DNA of 38,322 nt from a virus (IMGVR_UViG_3300008255_000062:1-38322), one strand, 5' to 3'; positions 17,508 through 26,193 are shown, numbered from the stretch's first letter. Numbers and translations: made by a program. The notes: generated from the sequence alone by a model not told the origin.

Positions 17508-17550
17508 GGTGTACATATATTCTAGTTAGCGGTAATTAATCCCACCGAAA
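17508..17550 (+). repeat. attI-like site C plus cassette-B-like stub; 41/43 identical to 13234-13276
   Basis: GGTGTACATATATTCTAGTTAGCGGTAATTAATCCCACCGAAA; no partner attC found downstream. Confidence 0.75.
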
Positions 17551-17622
17551 TGATACTGCCACGCAATGAGGGCCTGTTCGCCCGGGCAGCACTTGGTGAT
17601 ATTTTTGAAGAACATTTTTTTC

Positions 17623-18111
17623 CTACTTGATTTGGATATTTTGGTTTTCGACCACCTCAGCGATCTCAACAGCCTCGTCTGCAATATATGCACCTGCCTC
17701 GCGACCATACGTCCTGTTGCCATCAGCCAACATCAATGCGTGTTCCCAGGCGCTATTCTCCTCGTCGGAGCTAAATTGGGCGACGTAGTCGTCAGGATCA
17801 GGTGTATCCCACCCGGCTACCATCGTGGTGATTTCGTCACGCAGTTTCGCCGCCGCTGTCTCAGCCTCACTGATGGTCTCGAACATCTCTGCACACGCAT
17901 CACCCAGGCTCTCGAATTTCTGGCGAATCACGTAGCTCCTGCGGATGTTTGTTTTGGTCAGGATATCGTGCGCCTCCTCGACCTCGTCCTGAGTCCAGTC
18001 CTGAGTAGCGAGATACGCTCCGTCCTCCAACGCATAGAGTGCGCTCTGGATGTTACCATCTGTCTCTGCGAGTAGGTTCTGTGCGATCTGATGTGCTGTG
18101 GTCTGTGTCAT
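17623..18111 (-). CDS. Acidic early protein, first gene of the early operon
   Basis: Start MTQTTAHQ after GAGGG; D/E-rich; directly downstream of a sigma70-like promoter. Confidence 0.7.
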   Translation of the reverse strand: MTQTTAHQIAQNLLAETDGNIQSALYALEDGAYLATQDWTQDEVEEAHDILTKTNIRRSYVIRQKFESLGDACAEMFETISEAETAAAKLRDEITTMVAGWDTPDPDDYVAQFSSDEENSAWEHALMLADGNRTYGREAGAYIADEAVEIAEVVENQNIQIK

Positions 18112-18163
18112 GGTGGTTCCCTCGGTGTGGTGGTGTGGGGCGTTTCCCCTGTTGTCTGATATA

Positions 18164-18192
18164 AGAATACATACCACGAGACACAAAAGCAA
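18164..18192 (-). promoter_or_regulatory. Sigma70-like early promoter
   Basis: TTGCTT-17 nt-TATTCT with an A/T-rich upstream tract. Confidence 0.6.
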
Positions 18193-19174
18193 TTGTTTTT
18201 TTAAGGGGGATTCAATTTAGATGAAAAATCAGAACGGACTCTAACTAACCGTCAGACAGGGTACATTGTATATAGATACAGGCAAAAAGGGTAATAAGAC
18301 AATATCGCCGAGAAATCCATGCGCCTATGCTCATATCAGCATTAGGATAATCAGACCTCAGATGGCAGATAGGGAGATATATGGTATAGATATATGCTCA
18401 CCTCCCTCCCTCCTCTATGCCCCCCCCTATGCCCCCAGATGCAACATACATATACCATGCCAAGACCCTGTTTTCTACTGAATTTCGTATAACTGATAAT
18501 ATGTAAACAAGTAGCCAGCACTATGCTATGGACAGAGGAGGCTATCGACCCCCCTAGTCCCTCGAAGGGGAGCCTTATTTGTGTGCATGTGCATCTACTC
18601 ACATCTCCCTATATTGTGTCTTGTAAAAGGTATCAGACAAGATCATCTATTGATCTATGCGTAGTTGTGTTAGATTGTCTACTGACTCTCTTATTGAAGC
18701 CCCTTCCTAGAGGTCAGAAGTGGTTGTAGATGTAGCCCCCCCCAAACCCCCCCCACTCAGCGATAGAGTGAGGGTAATTTGAGGTTGCTAATACCCCACC
18801 TGTCGGTCGTCAGGTATGCGTCTTGTGCCCCGAATTGCTTGTTGCCAGGGATGCTTAGTCGTGTCTGGATGCAATTCGTGCCGTGGTTGGGTTTGCCCCT
18901 CTCTTGGTCGATTCCTAGACTTGCTAGGCTTTGAGGACCAAAAGATGCCTGCCTATTGGGCGCATTCCGTTCCACAGCCCCCCCCCGATGGTCTGCGGGA
19001 GTCAGTAGTATTGTAAATATACACAATCTGCTGATAGATTGTTTACAGGTTGTTATCAGATTTTGTTAAAATATGTTAAGATTCTTTGAGACTTAGTCTC
19101 ATAGAAGTCTGTAGATTCCTATAGCCTTGATTGAATCGACCCCTTGGTCTAATCATAGGTCTTCACACAGCTCG

Positions 19175-19381
19175 CTATTGTCGTCCTGTGTTGCGTTTAA
19201 CAGAATCTGGACAGCGCGGATTATCATTCATGCCCTTTTGGCGAATGGATATTGCCCAATAGAAGGCGTTCCCCTTGCAGATCATGTTTTCCATGTACTT
19301 TCTCGGTCTGGATTCCTTTGGCTTTTCGTAATCTAGACGCAGAGTCCCAGTGTAACCCCAGTCACTTGGATAGTCAGCCAT
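19175..19381 (-). CDS. Hypothetical protein
   Basis: 68 aa, GGGGA RBS, last gene of the glycosyltransferase operon. Confidence 0.4.
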   Translation of the reverse strand: MADYPSDWGYTGTLRLDYEKPKESRPRKYMENMICKGNAFYWAISIRQKGMNDNPRCPDSVKRNTGRQ

Positions 19382-19601
19382 CGTCTTGTTCCCCGTACTG
19401 AGTTTCGATCATCTTGAGCAGAAAGTCCTCGCTAGTCATCTTTGCTTATGCGTTCATTGCAAATGCGTCTGAATAGGTGGTTGCGCTAGTCACGGCTGCA
19501 ATGTATCCGTCTTGGGTGATTGCCACCACGAAGAATGCCTTTGAGGTCGTGATTGCGTGTTGGGCCGATAGAATAGCCTCTTCCTCTGTTGGTTTATGCA
19601 A
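19374..19601 (-). pseudogene. Small gene split by an in-frame TAA, or two short ORFs
   Basis: TTG start, HKPTEEEAILSAQHAITTSKAFFVVAITQDG...AMNA*AKMTSEDFLLKMIETQYGEQDDG*; stop at 19446-19448; overlaps both neighbours. Confidence 0.35.
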
Positions 19602-21159
19602 GATGCTGCTTCCATATGCTAAGGATTTCTTCGTCTGTTCTTATGTCTGGTCCGTCGGTATGGTGAAGAGCAACGTAATTTACCCCTGTAACAGCACATT
19701 CTGCCTCAACAAGAGATGCACACTCAGATTTGGATGCGCTGTAAATTGCGCCAACACGGCTATAAATCTCTTCTTTTTCCGTATATCCAACTAGGCTTAC
19801 CTCTGGATACTTCTCTATTAGCGGTAACACCTTCTTTATGAAGTAGGTCTGGTCCTCGATTGTGCCGAAAATGAGAACCTTAGAGAATCCATCTGCCAAA
19901 GCTGCACCAATTGAAAGGTGTGTTCTCTTGTGAGGTTCGACCCTACCCACCACACCAGCCACTCCCTGAGTGTCGTTTTGTGGATCTATCGTGATCTTTG
20001 GAGCTGCGTTAGGGCAAATAAACGACTTGGTGCTGATTCCGTGCCACCGCCTGTGAGATTCGTTCAGGAAATGGACTTCGTCTGCCCAGGGGATGTCTTT
20101 CTTCGATAGATCCCAGTATTCTTTTTCATGACTGGTGATTATGATCTTGCGTGCCGGTGGTATGTTGGCGAACTCTGTTCTTCCAACAATCAGAAAGGCA
20201 TCCTCGCTGAACTCTAGCGTGGAATGATGCCCATAGTTACACTTTCCCTTGGGGTATGCGTGTGGCCCGTATAGGCAACAGTCGTATTCATCGCATGAGT
20301 TCAGGAGATCCGTAAGGCTAATCAACGCATCTGTTGCTCCGCACTGAAGTGTGCTTGGCATGAGGATGTTTACCTTCTTGCGCTTAAACGATGCAAGGTC
20401 TAGGCTCATAAGCTTTAAGCGTTCTATTTCCGACTTGTAGCTAGTTTCCTCGAATCCATTAAGCCGGAGCAGCCGTTTCTTTAGCTCATCATGCTTCTCT
20501 CTGGCCTTAGACAGCATTGATTCGCTTCTAATACGGTAGTTGAACAGCGGTCCGCCCTCTATTCTTACAGACTTTGCTCCTAGCCTAGCTGCTCTAAGCC
20601 AGAACTCCCAGTCTTCGTACCCCTCGTTCATAGATGTTGAGAACCCGCCAATCCTACTAAATAATGACCGTTTCATCAGAGAGCAGTATGGTACGTTTGA
20701 CTTCTCCTTTAGAGCGTCAATGGTCATTGGCCCCGTATCCCATTGTCTGCATACATCCCCGAACATATACGCAGTTGGATATGCAATATCAGCCAATGTT
20801 ACTGAAAGAGTTTCCACAGCAGCTGTTAGGTATCCTGGTGCGATAGTATCGTCTGAGTCTAGGAACAGCAAGTATTCGTAGTTACCATCTAGGTTTGCTC
20901 CGAAGTTTCGAGCCTCAACTAATCCTCTGTTGTGGCAAGAATATGCGGCAATGCGGTTATCCTCGTTGCAAAAGCCGATGGCAATATCTGTTGTGTTGTC
21001 GGTAGACCCATCGTCTATGATGATGACTTGAATGTTGGTATGTGTCTGCGATAAGACAGATTCCACGGCCTCAGACAGATATTCAGCCTGATTGTAGCAG
21101 GGAATTACTACTCTGACTCTTTTTTTAGGGTCGGTAATTGGCAATGCTCCACTTAGCAT
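19594..21159 (-). CDS. Fused glycosyltransferase (GT2/GT-A plus GT4-like GT-B domain)
   Basis: VVIPCYNQAEYL, IIDDGSTD, FLDSDD, YEDWEFW; C-half VGRVEPHKR...SECASLVEAEC. Start may be 21159 or 21216. Confidence 0.85.
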   Translation of the reverse strand: MLSGALPITDPKKRVRVVIPCYNQAEYLSEAVESVLSQTHTNIQVIIIDDGSTDNTTDIAIGFCNEDNRIAAYSCHNRGLVEARNFGANLDGNYEYLLFLDSDDTIAPGYLTAAVETLSVTLADIAYPTAYMFGDVCRQWDTGPMTIDALKEKSNVPYCSLMKRSLFSRIGGFSTSMNEGYEDWEFWLRAARLGAKSVRIEGGPLFNYRIRSESMLSKAREKHDELKKRLLRLNGFEETSYKSEIERLKLMSLDLASFKRKKVNILMPSTLQCGATDALISLTDLLNSCDEYDCCLYGPHAYPKGKCNYGHHSTLEFSEDAFLIVGRTEFANIPPARKIIITSHEKEYWDLSKKDIPWADEVHFLNESHRRWHGISTKSFICPNAAPKITIDPQNDTQGVAGVVGRVEPHKRTHLSIGAALADGFSKVLIFGTIEDQTYFIKKVLPLIEKYPEVSLVGYTEKEEIYSRVGAIYSASKSECASLVEAECAVTGVNYVALHHTDGPDIRTDEEILSIWKQHLA

Positions 21160-21259
21160 TGCAGATACCACATCGACAGCTGGATTTGCTGATTGAGATT
21201 CGGTATTGCCGATCATTCAGACATCCAGGGCAGATTGCTATCTTCGTTGAGCCAATCAT
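21125..21259 (-). CDS. Small zinc-ribbon protein (44 aa, not in ORF track)
   Basis: MIGSTKIAICPGCLND...CRCGICNAKW...; GGAGG RBS. Confidence 0.6.
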   Translation of the reverse strand: MIGSTKIAICPGCLNDRQYRISISKSSCRCGICNAKWSIANYRP

Positions 21260-21325
21260 TTTTGGCCTCCGTTGAATTTGCGCCCTCTACGCTACTCATA
21301 ACTATCATTCGCCCTCCTAATACTA

Positions 21326-21354
21326 AATGTAGTTTATGGTGTTGATAGATGCAA
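21326..21354 (-). promoter_or_regulatory. Leftward sigma70-like promoter of the glycosyltransferase operon
   Basis: TTGCAT-17 nt-TACATT, with a TGTTGATAGAT motif lying across the spacer. Confidence 0.5.
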
Positions 21355-21391
21355 CAGAAACATCACCTTAGAGACATTTACGTGTATAAGA

Positions 21392-21422
21392 TGTTGATAG
21401 ACTGTTGATAAAAGTGTATTAT
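21392..21422 (+). promoter_or_regulatory. Late promoter 1 (terminase)
   Basis: TTGATA-17 nt-TATTAT with two tandem 11-bp TGTTGATA units. Confidence 0.65.
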
Positions 21423-21428
21423 TAGACA

Positions 21429-21788
21429 ATGGAAGAGGATCTACCAGTAAAAGTCTATATGGGACGTAATCTTACGAACCCAGACGTGTCCAAGAGATTG
21501 TGTGAGATTGACAAGAAGGACGCAAAAGCAATAATGACGAATGCTTCTGCACCTATTACTTGGCTTCTGACGCAGGATATACTTGAGAACTACCACAGCG
21601 ACAATGCCGAATTGAGGCGTGAGGCAAAGACACTTGCGGTAAAATTCTTGCCATACATCTTGAAGCAAAAGGGCGTAGAGATGGAAACAAAGAAGTCTGC
21701 CGCTGGTGGAATCAGCAATGCTCTTGCAGACCAGTTTAGCAAACTCATAGGAAGAGACATTACAGACGAAGAATCTGATGGATCTTAG
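21429..21788 (+). CDS. Putative terminase small subunit
   Basis: 119 aa, immediately upstream of and overlapping TerL. Confidence 0.6.
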   Translation: MEEDLPVKVYMGRNLTNPDVSKRLCEIDKKDAKAIMTNASAPITWLLTQDILENYHSDNAELRREAKTLAVKFLPYILKQKGVEMETKKSAAGGISNALADQFSKLIGRDITDEESDGS

Positions 21789-23274
21789 GTCATTCCTATC
21801 AAAGATTACTCTAGCAGAGTATATCAACCACTTTGGGTCTTATTGGGACCAAGAGCATTTTGAGGTTAAACCACTAAAATTGTGGCCAATGCAGGCCGCA
21901 TACTGCGATTGGCTAGAGAAAAACCCATATGCCCTAGTTCCAAAGGCAAGACAGCTTGGAATGTCTGAGGTCATGGCAGAGCGAATCGTAAGGGATTTGC
22001 TTAGATTCCCCCAGTGCGAGGGCGTAGTTATATCTAAGACTGACCCAGATGCCCAGTATTTTCTTAAAAAGCGTGTATTGCCGAAACTACAGAACCTCCC
22101 AGTCATCGAAGGACTTGACTGGCCCGCAATCAAGAAGTCTACAAAAGACTCAATCGAGCTTGAAAACGGATCTATTGTGTCTTCTCTGCCAGCATCTAGC
22201 GGATCTGCCGCATCTAGAACTGGCAACTTCCTTGCTTTTGACGAATGTGGCCTTATTGACAAGCAACCCAATGCCTCCTTTGAAGAAATGCTCAATAACG
22301 CACTTCCAACGATTGAAAAGGCAGGAGATAGGGGTTGGATGATGGGAGTTGGTACTTCTGAGCCAGGTTCATACTACAACGAGATGATGCGGAAGGTTGT
22401 TGCTGGCAAAATGTCTCGTTACAAGTATTTCTTCCTGCCTTGGTCTGCTGATCCAACCAGAACACAGCAGTGGAAGAAAGAAACGCTAGAGACAATGACA
22501 GACGAGACGGAGTTTCGGCTGAAGTTCCCCGAAACCATTGAGGATTTCTTTGCCGTTAAAGAAGGGCTTGTTCTTCCTAACTTCGACCCGAAGTCAGGTG
22601 GCAAACACGTCAATTACTTCACACCAAACTACAAGCTGAAGCTAATTTGTGGCTACGATCATGGATATAGGCATCCTGCGGTGTTCTTGGTTGCTCTTTA
22701 TGACCCCTACAAGGATCATTTGTATATTGTGTCCGAAAAATACTGGTATGAAACTCCGGTTGAGGATATTGCTCCTCAAGTGAACGATACCATACGAAGG
22801 ACAGGTAAGATACCTTGGAGACTTGTAGCGGATACTGCAATTTTTGCCCAAACTGGAGTGCGCTCTGTAGCAGAACACTTCAAGACACTGGGGGTTCGAT
22901 TCAACAAATCGGACAAGTACAAAGGTCTGACCGGGGAAGCGGGATCGCTTTCGTTGTTGTCAGAGAGGTTCACAAAGGGAACGATCACCATCTCGCCAGA
23001 GTGCGTGAACTTGATCGAGCAGCTATCGTCTTGGAAGTGGAACGACAAGCGAAAGGGAGAAGTGCCAGAGGACATCAACGATGATGGCCCCGATGTACTC
23101 CGCTACTTGGTTGCAGAACTCAGGCAGCAATTCAGGGGGGAGGTTCATTCTCCGCCACAGCCGTATTCACCAGAGGCGAGAGAAGCTAAGAGAAGGCTCA
23201 ACAGAAGACCGCAGCCGTCTCATCCAGGAGATAGCAAAGATTCGGAAGGTCTTTTCTCTTGGATGAGTATGTGA
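21778..23274 (+). CDS. terL: Terminase large subunit
   Basis: LWPMQ (Q motif), KARQLGMS (Walker A), LAFDE (Walker B), GYDHG and DDGPDVLRY nuclease motifs. Confidence 0.93.
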   Translation: MDLRSFLSKITLAEYINHFGSYWDQEHFEVKPLKLWPMQAAYCDWLEKNPYALVPKARQLGMSEVMAERIVRDLLRFPQCEGVVISKTDPDAQYFLKKRVLPKLQNLPVIEGLDWPAIKKSTKDSIELENGSIVSSLPASSGSAASRTGNFLAFDECGLIDKQPNASFEEMLNNALPTIEKAGDRGWMMGVGTSEPGSYYNEMMRKVVAGKMSRYKYFFLPWSADPTRTQQWKKETLETMTDETEFRLKFPETIEDFFAVKEGLVLPNFDPKSGGKHVNYFTPNYKLKLICGYDHGYRHPAVFLVALYDPYKDHLYIVSEKYWYETPVEDIAPQVNDTIRRTGKIPWRLVADTAIFAQTGVRSVAEHFKTLGVRFNKSDKYKGLTGEAGSLSLLSERFTKGTITISPECVNLIEQLSSWKWNDKRKGEVPEDINDDGPDVLRYLVAELRQQFRGEVHSPPQPYSPEAREAKRRLNRRPQPSHPGDSKDSEGLFSWMSM

Positions 23275-23275
23275 G

Positions 23276-23317
23276 TGTTGATAAAATGTTGATAGATCTA
23301 CTGCAACAGAGTATATT
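23276..23317 (+). promoter_or_regulatory. Late promoter 2
   Basis: TGTTGATAAAA-TGTTGATAGAT; TTGATA-17 nt-TATATT. Confidence 0.65.
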
Positions 23318-23347
23318 TCTTTTGTACGCCTATTCGTAGAGGCTATT

Positions 23348-23542
23348 ATGCGTCATATATGTGACGGAGTTGTAGAAACAAGGGGCGAGAGTCGGACTTG
23401 TGGCAGATTTCTAGCAGAGCAGACCTCTACTGAAATTGTGTTGCGCTGTCCGAAATGCAAAAAGGAAACTCGGTTTCCCAAAAGCGTTCAAATGACGGCT
23501 CAACATTTCATTAGCTTCCTACAGGAAGCGCACAAGGAGTAG
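23348..23542 (+). CDS. Mu Com-like zinc-ribbon protein
   Basis: C...CGRFLAE...IVLRCPKCKKE; GAGG RBS. Confidence 0.6.
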   Translation: MRHICDGVVETRGESRTCGRFLAEQTSTEIVLRCPKCKKETRFPKSVQMTAQHFISFLQEAHKE

Positions 23543-23546
23543 TAAA

Positions 23547-23777
23547 ATGGCATCTGATGTAGCAGCAGATTCAGGCAAGAACGTAGAACTCTACGTTAAG
23601 ATTGGTGGCGAAGGCGTTTGCGGGGATCTCTATACCCCAGATAGCGTCTATGGCACGTGGTCAAATTTCATCTCTGGAACCGAGGCTACCTTGGCTTTGG
23701 CGGCTTATGGCGCAGGACGTATTTCCGTGAAGGCCAATGGGGCCGAGTTCTACGTTCCAATCCTTGCCAATACCTGA
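23547..23777 (+). CDS. Hypothetical protein, possibly virion-associated
   Basis: AAGGAG RBS, beta-rich 76 aa, followed by a terminator. Confidence 0.6.
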   Translation: MASDVAADSGKNVELYVKIGGEGVCGDLYTPDSVYGTWSNFISGTEATLALAAYGAGRISVKANGAEFYVPILANT

Positions 23778-23786
23778 TGAATAAAT

Positions 23787-23820
23787 CGAGGGGGAGTGCC
23801 TAGCTCCCCTTCGTATTTTT
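23787..23820 (+). terminator. Rho-independent terminator
   Basis: CGAGGGGGAG-loop-CTCCCCTTCG-TATTTTT. Confidence 0.7.
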
Positions 23821-23837
23821 GCCTAGGCGGAGATGTT

Positions 23838-24056
23838 ATGAAAGGTGAATTTATGTTCAAGAAGCGGCGTTCGATCATGCACGAAGTTCCAGAGCGAGAA
23901 GAGAGTGAAGTCTCCAAAGAAGTATTTATTCGGTCTCTAGATGATGGCACTTATTCTATATCTTCTGGACCTCTCACTTTCTCTGCAAAAGATCTTGATG
24001 AGCTTGTAGAGAAACTGACCAAATGGGCAGACGAGCGAAAGAAGTCTAAGGACTAA
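23838..24056 (+). CDS. Hypothetical protein
   Basis: ATG 23838 (GGAG) or 23853 (AGGTG); precedes the portal gene. Confidence 0.55.
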   Translation: MKGEFMFKKRRSIMHEVPEREESEVSKEVFIRSLDDGTYSISSGPLTFSAKDLDELVEKLTKWADERKKSKD

Positions 24057-24058
24057 TC

Positions 24059-26122
24059 ATGGAAGATACCGCTGAGTTCAAGCTTGACAACGATAGTTTG
24101 TCCAAGGTTCGAGATGTAAAGCGTCAGTTCGAGTCTTGGATTACTGGCGCACAGAGTTCAAAGTTTCGAGCTAGAATGGAGCGGAATTTCCAGTATTACT
24201 CCGGTGTTGACGGATCTCAGTGGCCTAAAGAGGCTAAAGAGGCTCTAAAGGAACAACAGCGTCCCCTGCACACGTTCAACTTCTGCCAAGGGATTGTCAA
24301 GACTACCCTTGGCCAGCTTGAACAGCAGCCGTTTGAGACTCACTTCGACCCAATTGATGCAGACAAGGTAGACGAGACAGGCACTCTACAGGAGTTGTTC
24401 GACTACAACTACGAACGTGGTGATTGGGAGTTTGCCAAGCTCCAGATGAAGCGGGACGGACTGATCATTCAGGGCGTTGCCCAGATGTTTGTTGACTACA
24501 AGCATGATCCGCTTGGCGATGTTGGACTGAAGGCAAAGAATCCGTTCTACACAGTGTTTGATCCATATTGGCAGACAAACGACATGGCAGATTGCCGTGG
24601 AATTTACAGCATGACATGGATGACGGCAGCACAGATCAAGCGTGACTATCGAAAGAAGAACGCACAGATTATCAACGCAATTGAGCGTGATAAGTGGGCA
24701 GATAACGAGACTCAGGTCATTGAGAAGGCTTACGACCGCACCCCAGAGTATTTCGATACTATCAATACTCTCTACAAGGTGATTGAGTTTATCTACACAG
24801 AGCGCCAGAGCGTGAAGAGAGTTTTCAACACATCTAGTGGTAAGTTCGAGTCTGATTTTGACGCACCTGACGTGCAGTCTCTCAGCGATGACAACTTTAA
24901 TGCTATGATGCGTATTCAGGGATCTTCTTTGATCCTTAAGAAAGAAGAGCGCACCATCTGTAAGATCATTACGATTTGCCCTGCTCTTGGGATGGATTTG
25001 ATACTTGAAGAGGGTATGTATCCTCTCCAGCTTGGTCGCCTTCCGTTTGTAACTTGGTCGGCAGAGAATGTCTATGGAGAGCGTCAGGGAGTTATTGACC
25101 TGATTGCCGATGCCCAGAGCGTTCTCAACAAGCGTGAGAGTGTTGCCACCTATATCCTTGGGATGCAGGGCAATCCTAACTACTGGATTGAAGAGGGTGC
25201 TTTTACTGAGCAGGCTGAAAAGAAAAAGTTTAAGAGCACACAGTCAAATGGTGGCCAGGTATTTGACTTGGCAGAGGGCGGAATCGGCAAGATCCAGCTA
25301 ATGGATCGTGGCGCTCCTCCGAATGAAATGTGGGCTGCAAGTGATCGTGCGGAACGCCATATTCGGGAGCTGTCTGGGGTAGTTAGTGCCTCTCAGGGCC
25401 GTGGCGAAGGTGCAAACGAGTCTGGTATTTTGTTTGATGCCAAGCGTGAGCAGGCTCTTGTCCAACTTGAAATGATGAGCCGCACTTTGAAGCGTGTTGA
25501 TCAAGAGTTAGGCGATATGTTCTTCTATGCTGCAAAGCAGATCTATTCTGGCCCAACACGCCAGTTCAAGAACAAAAAGACCGGAACTCTGACCACAATC
25601 AATAAGTTCGGAGTTGGTGCATTTGGCGAAGTATCTGTAGAGAAGAATATTGCTGAACTCAGTAGGCACAATGTTCTGATTTCAGAGGCTCCTATGGGAA
25701 CTACGAAGAAGCGTGAGTTCTTGTCCAAGTACATCGAGTTGATTGGGACTATCAGCAACCCAATGCTGAGAGCCATGATAGAGCCGCAGGTGCTTCGCTA
25801 TGCGGATCTCCCAGAGGATATTACTTCCCAGATGCAACAGGCCACAGACAAGTTCCTAGAGCTTCAGAACGTACAAGCAGATCTCCAGATCGCCACTGCA
25901 AACCAGCAAATACAACAGCTTGGAGCACCGCCTCCACAACAGGCTGAAGGCGGTGGCTTTCTGGGATCTCTTGAGAGTGCTTTGAGTGGTGGGGCAGATG
26001 CAGTCGATGTTAGCAAGATGAAGGGGTTGGGCAATCTTCCAAACAACGCTGGCATCGCTGGTGGTGAGAGTGCGGTGAACAACTCCAAGTCTCAAGCACC
26101 GTCTGACTTAGGTCGAAGATAA
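24059..26122 (+). CDS. Portal protein (P22-like)
   Basis: 687 aa; YYSG...QW...RP...TFN, GVIDLIADAQSVLNKRES, ESG motif and Q-rich tail; position after TerL. Confidence 0.88.
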   Translation: MEDTAEFKLDNDSLSKVRDVKRQFESWITGAQSSKFRARMERNFQYYSGVDGSQWPKEAKEALKEQQRPLHTFNFCQGIVKTTLGQLEQQPFETHFDPIDADKVDETGTLQELFDYNYERGDWEFAKLQMKRDGLIIQGVAQMFVDYKHDPLGDVGLKAKNPFYTVFDPYWQTNDMADCRGIYSMTWMTAAQIKRDYRKKNAQIINAIERDKWADNETQVIEKAYDRTPEYFDTINTLYKVIEFIYTERQSVKRVFNTSSGKFESDFDAPDVQSLSDDNFNAMMRIQGSSLILKKEERTICKIITICPALGMDLILEEGMYPLQLGRLPFVTWSAENVYGERQGVIDLIADAQSVLNKRESVATYILGMQGNPNYWIEEGAFTEQAEKKKFKSTQSNGGQVFDLAEGGIGKIQLMDRGAPPNEMWAASDRAERHIRELSGVVSASQGRGEGANESGILFDAKREQALVQLEMMSRTLKRVDQELGDMFFYAAKQIYSGPTRQFKNKKTGTLTTINKFGVGAFGEVSVEKNIAELSRHNVLISEAPMGTTKKREFLSKYIELIGTISNPMLRAMIEPQVLRYADLPEDITSQMQQATDKFLELQNVQADLQIATANQQIQQLGAPPPQQAEGGGFLGSLESALSGGADAVDVSKMKGLGNLPNNAGIAGGESAVNNSKSQAPSDLGRR

Positions 26123-26152
26123 CTCCAGGGGTTTCCCCTCCTCTTCCCCTGG

Positions 26153-26188
26153 TGGCCTCTCTTCTTCGGAAGTGGGGCCATTTTGTTT
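26153..26188 (+). terminator. Rho-independent terminator
   Basis: TGGCCTCTCTTC-TTCG-GAAGTGGGGCCA-TTTTGTTT; a second hairpin CCAGGGG/CCCCTGG lies just upstream. Confidence 0.75.
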
Positions 26189-26193
26189 ACATC

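Noticed and set aside
18266-19026. Short ORFs in the C-tract region
   Set aside because: No RBS, atypical composition and mutually overlapping frames.
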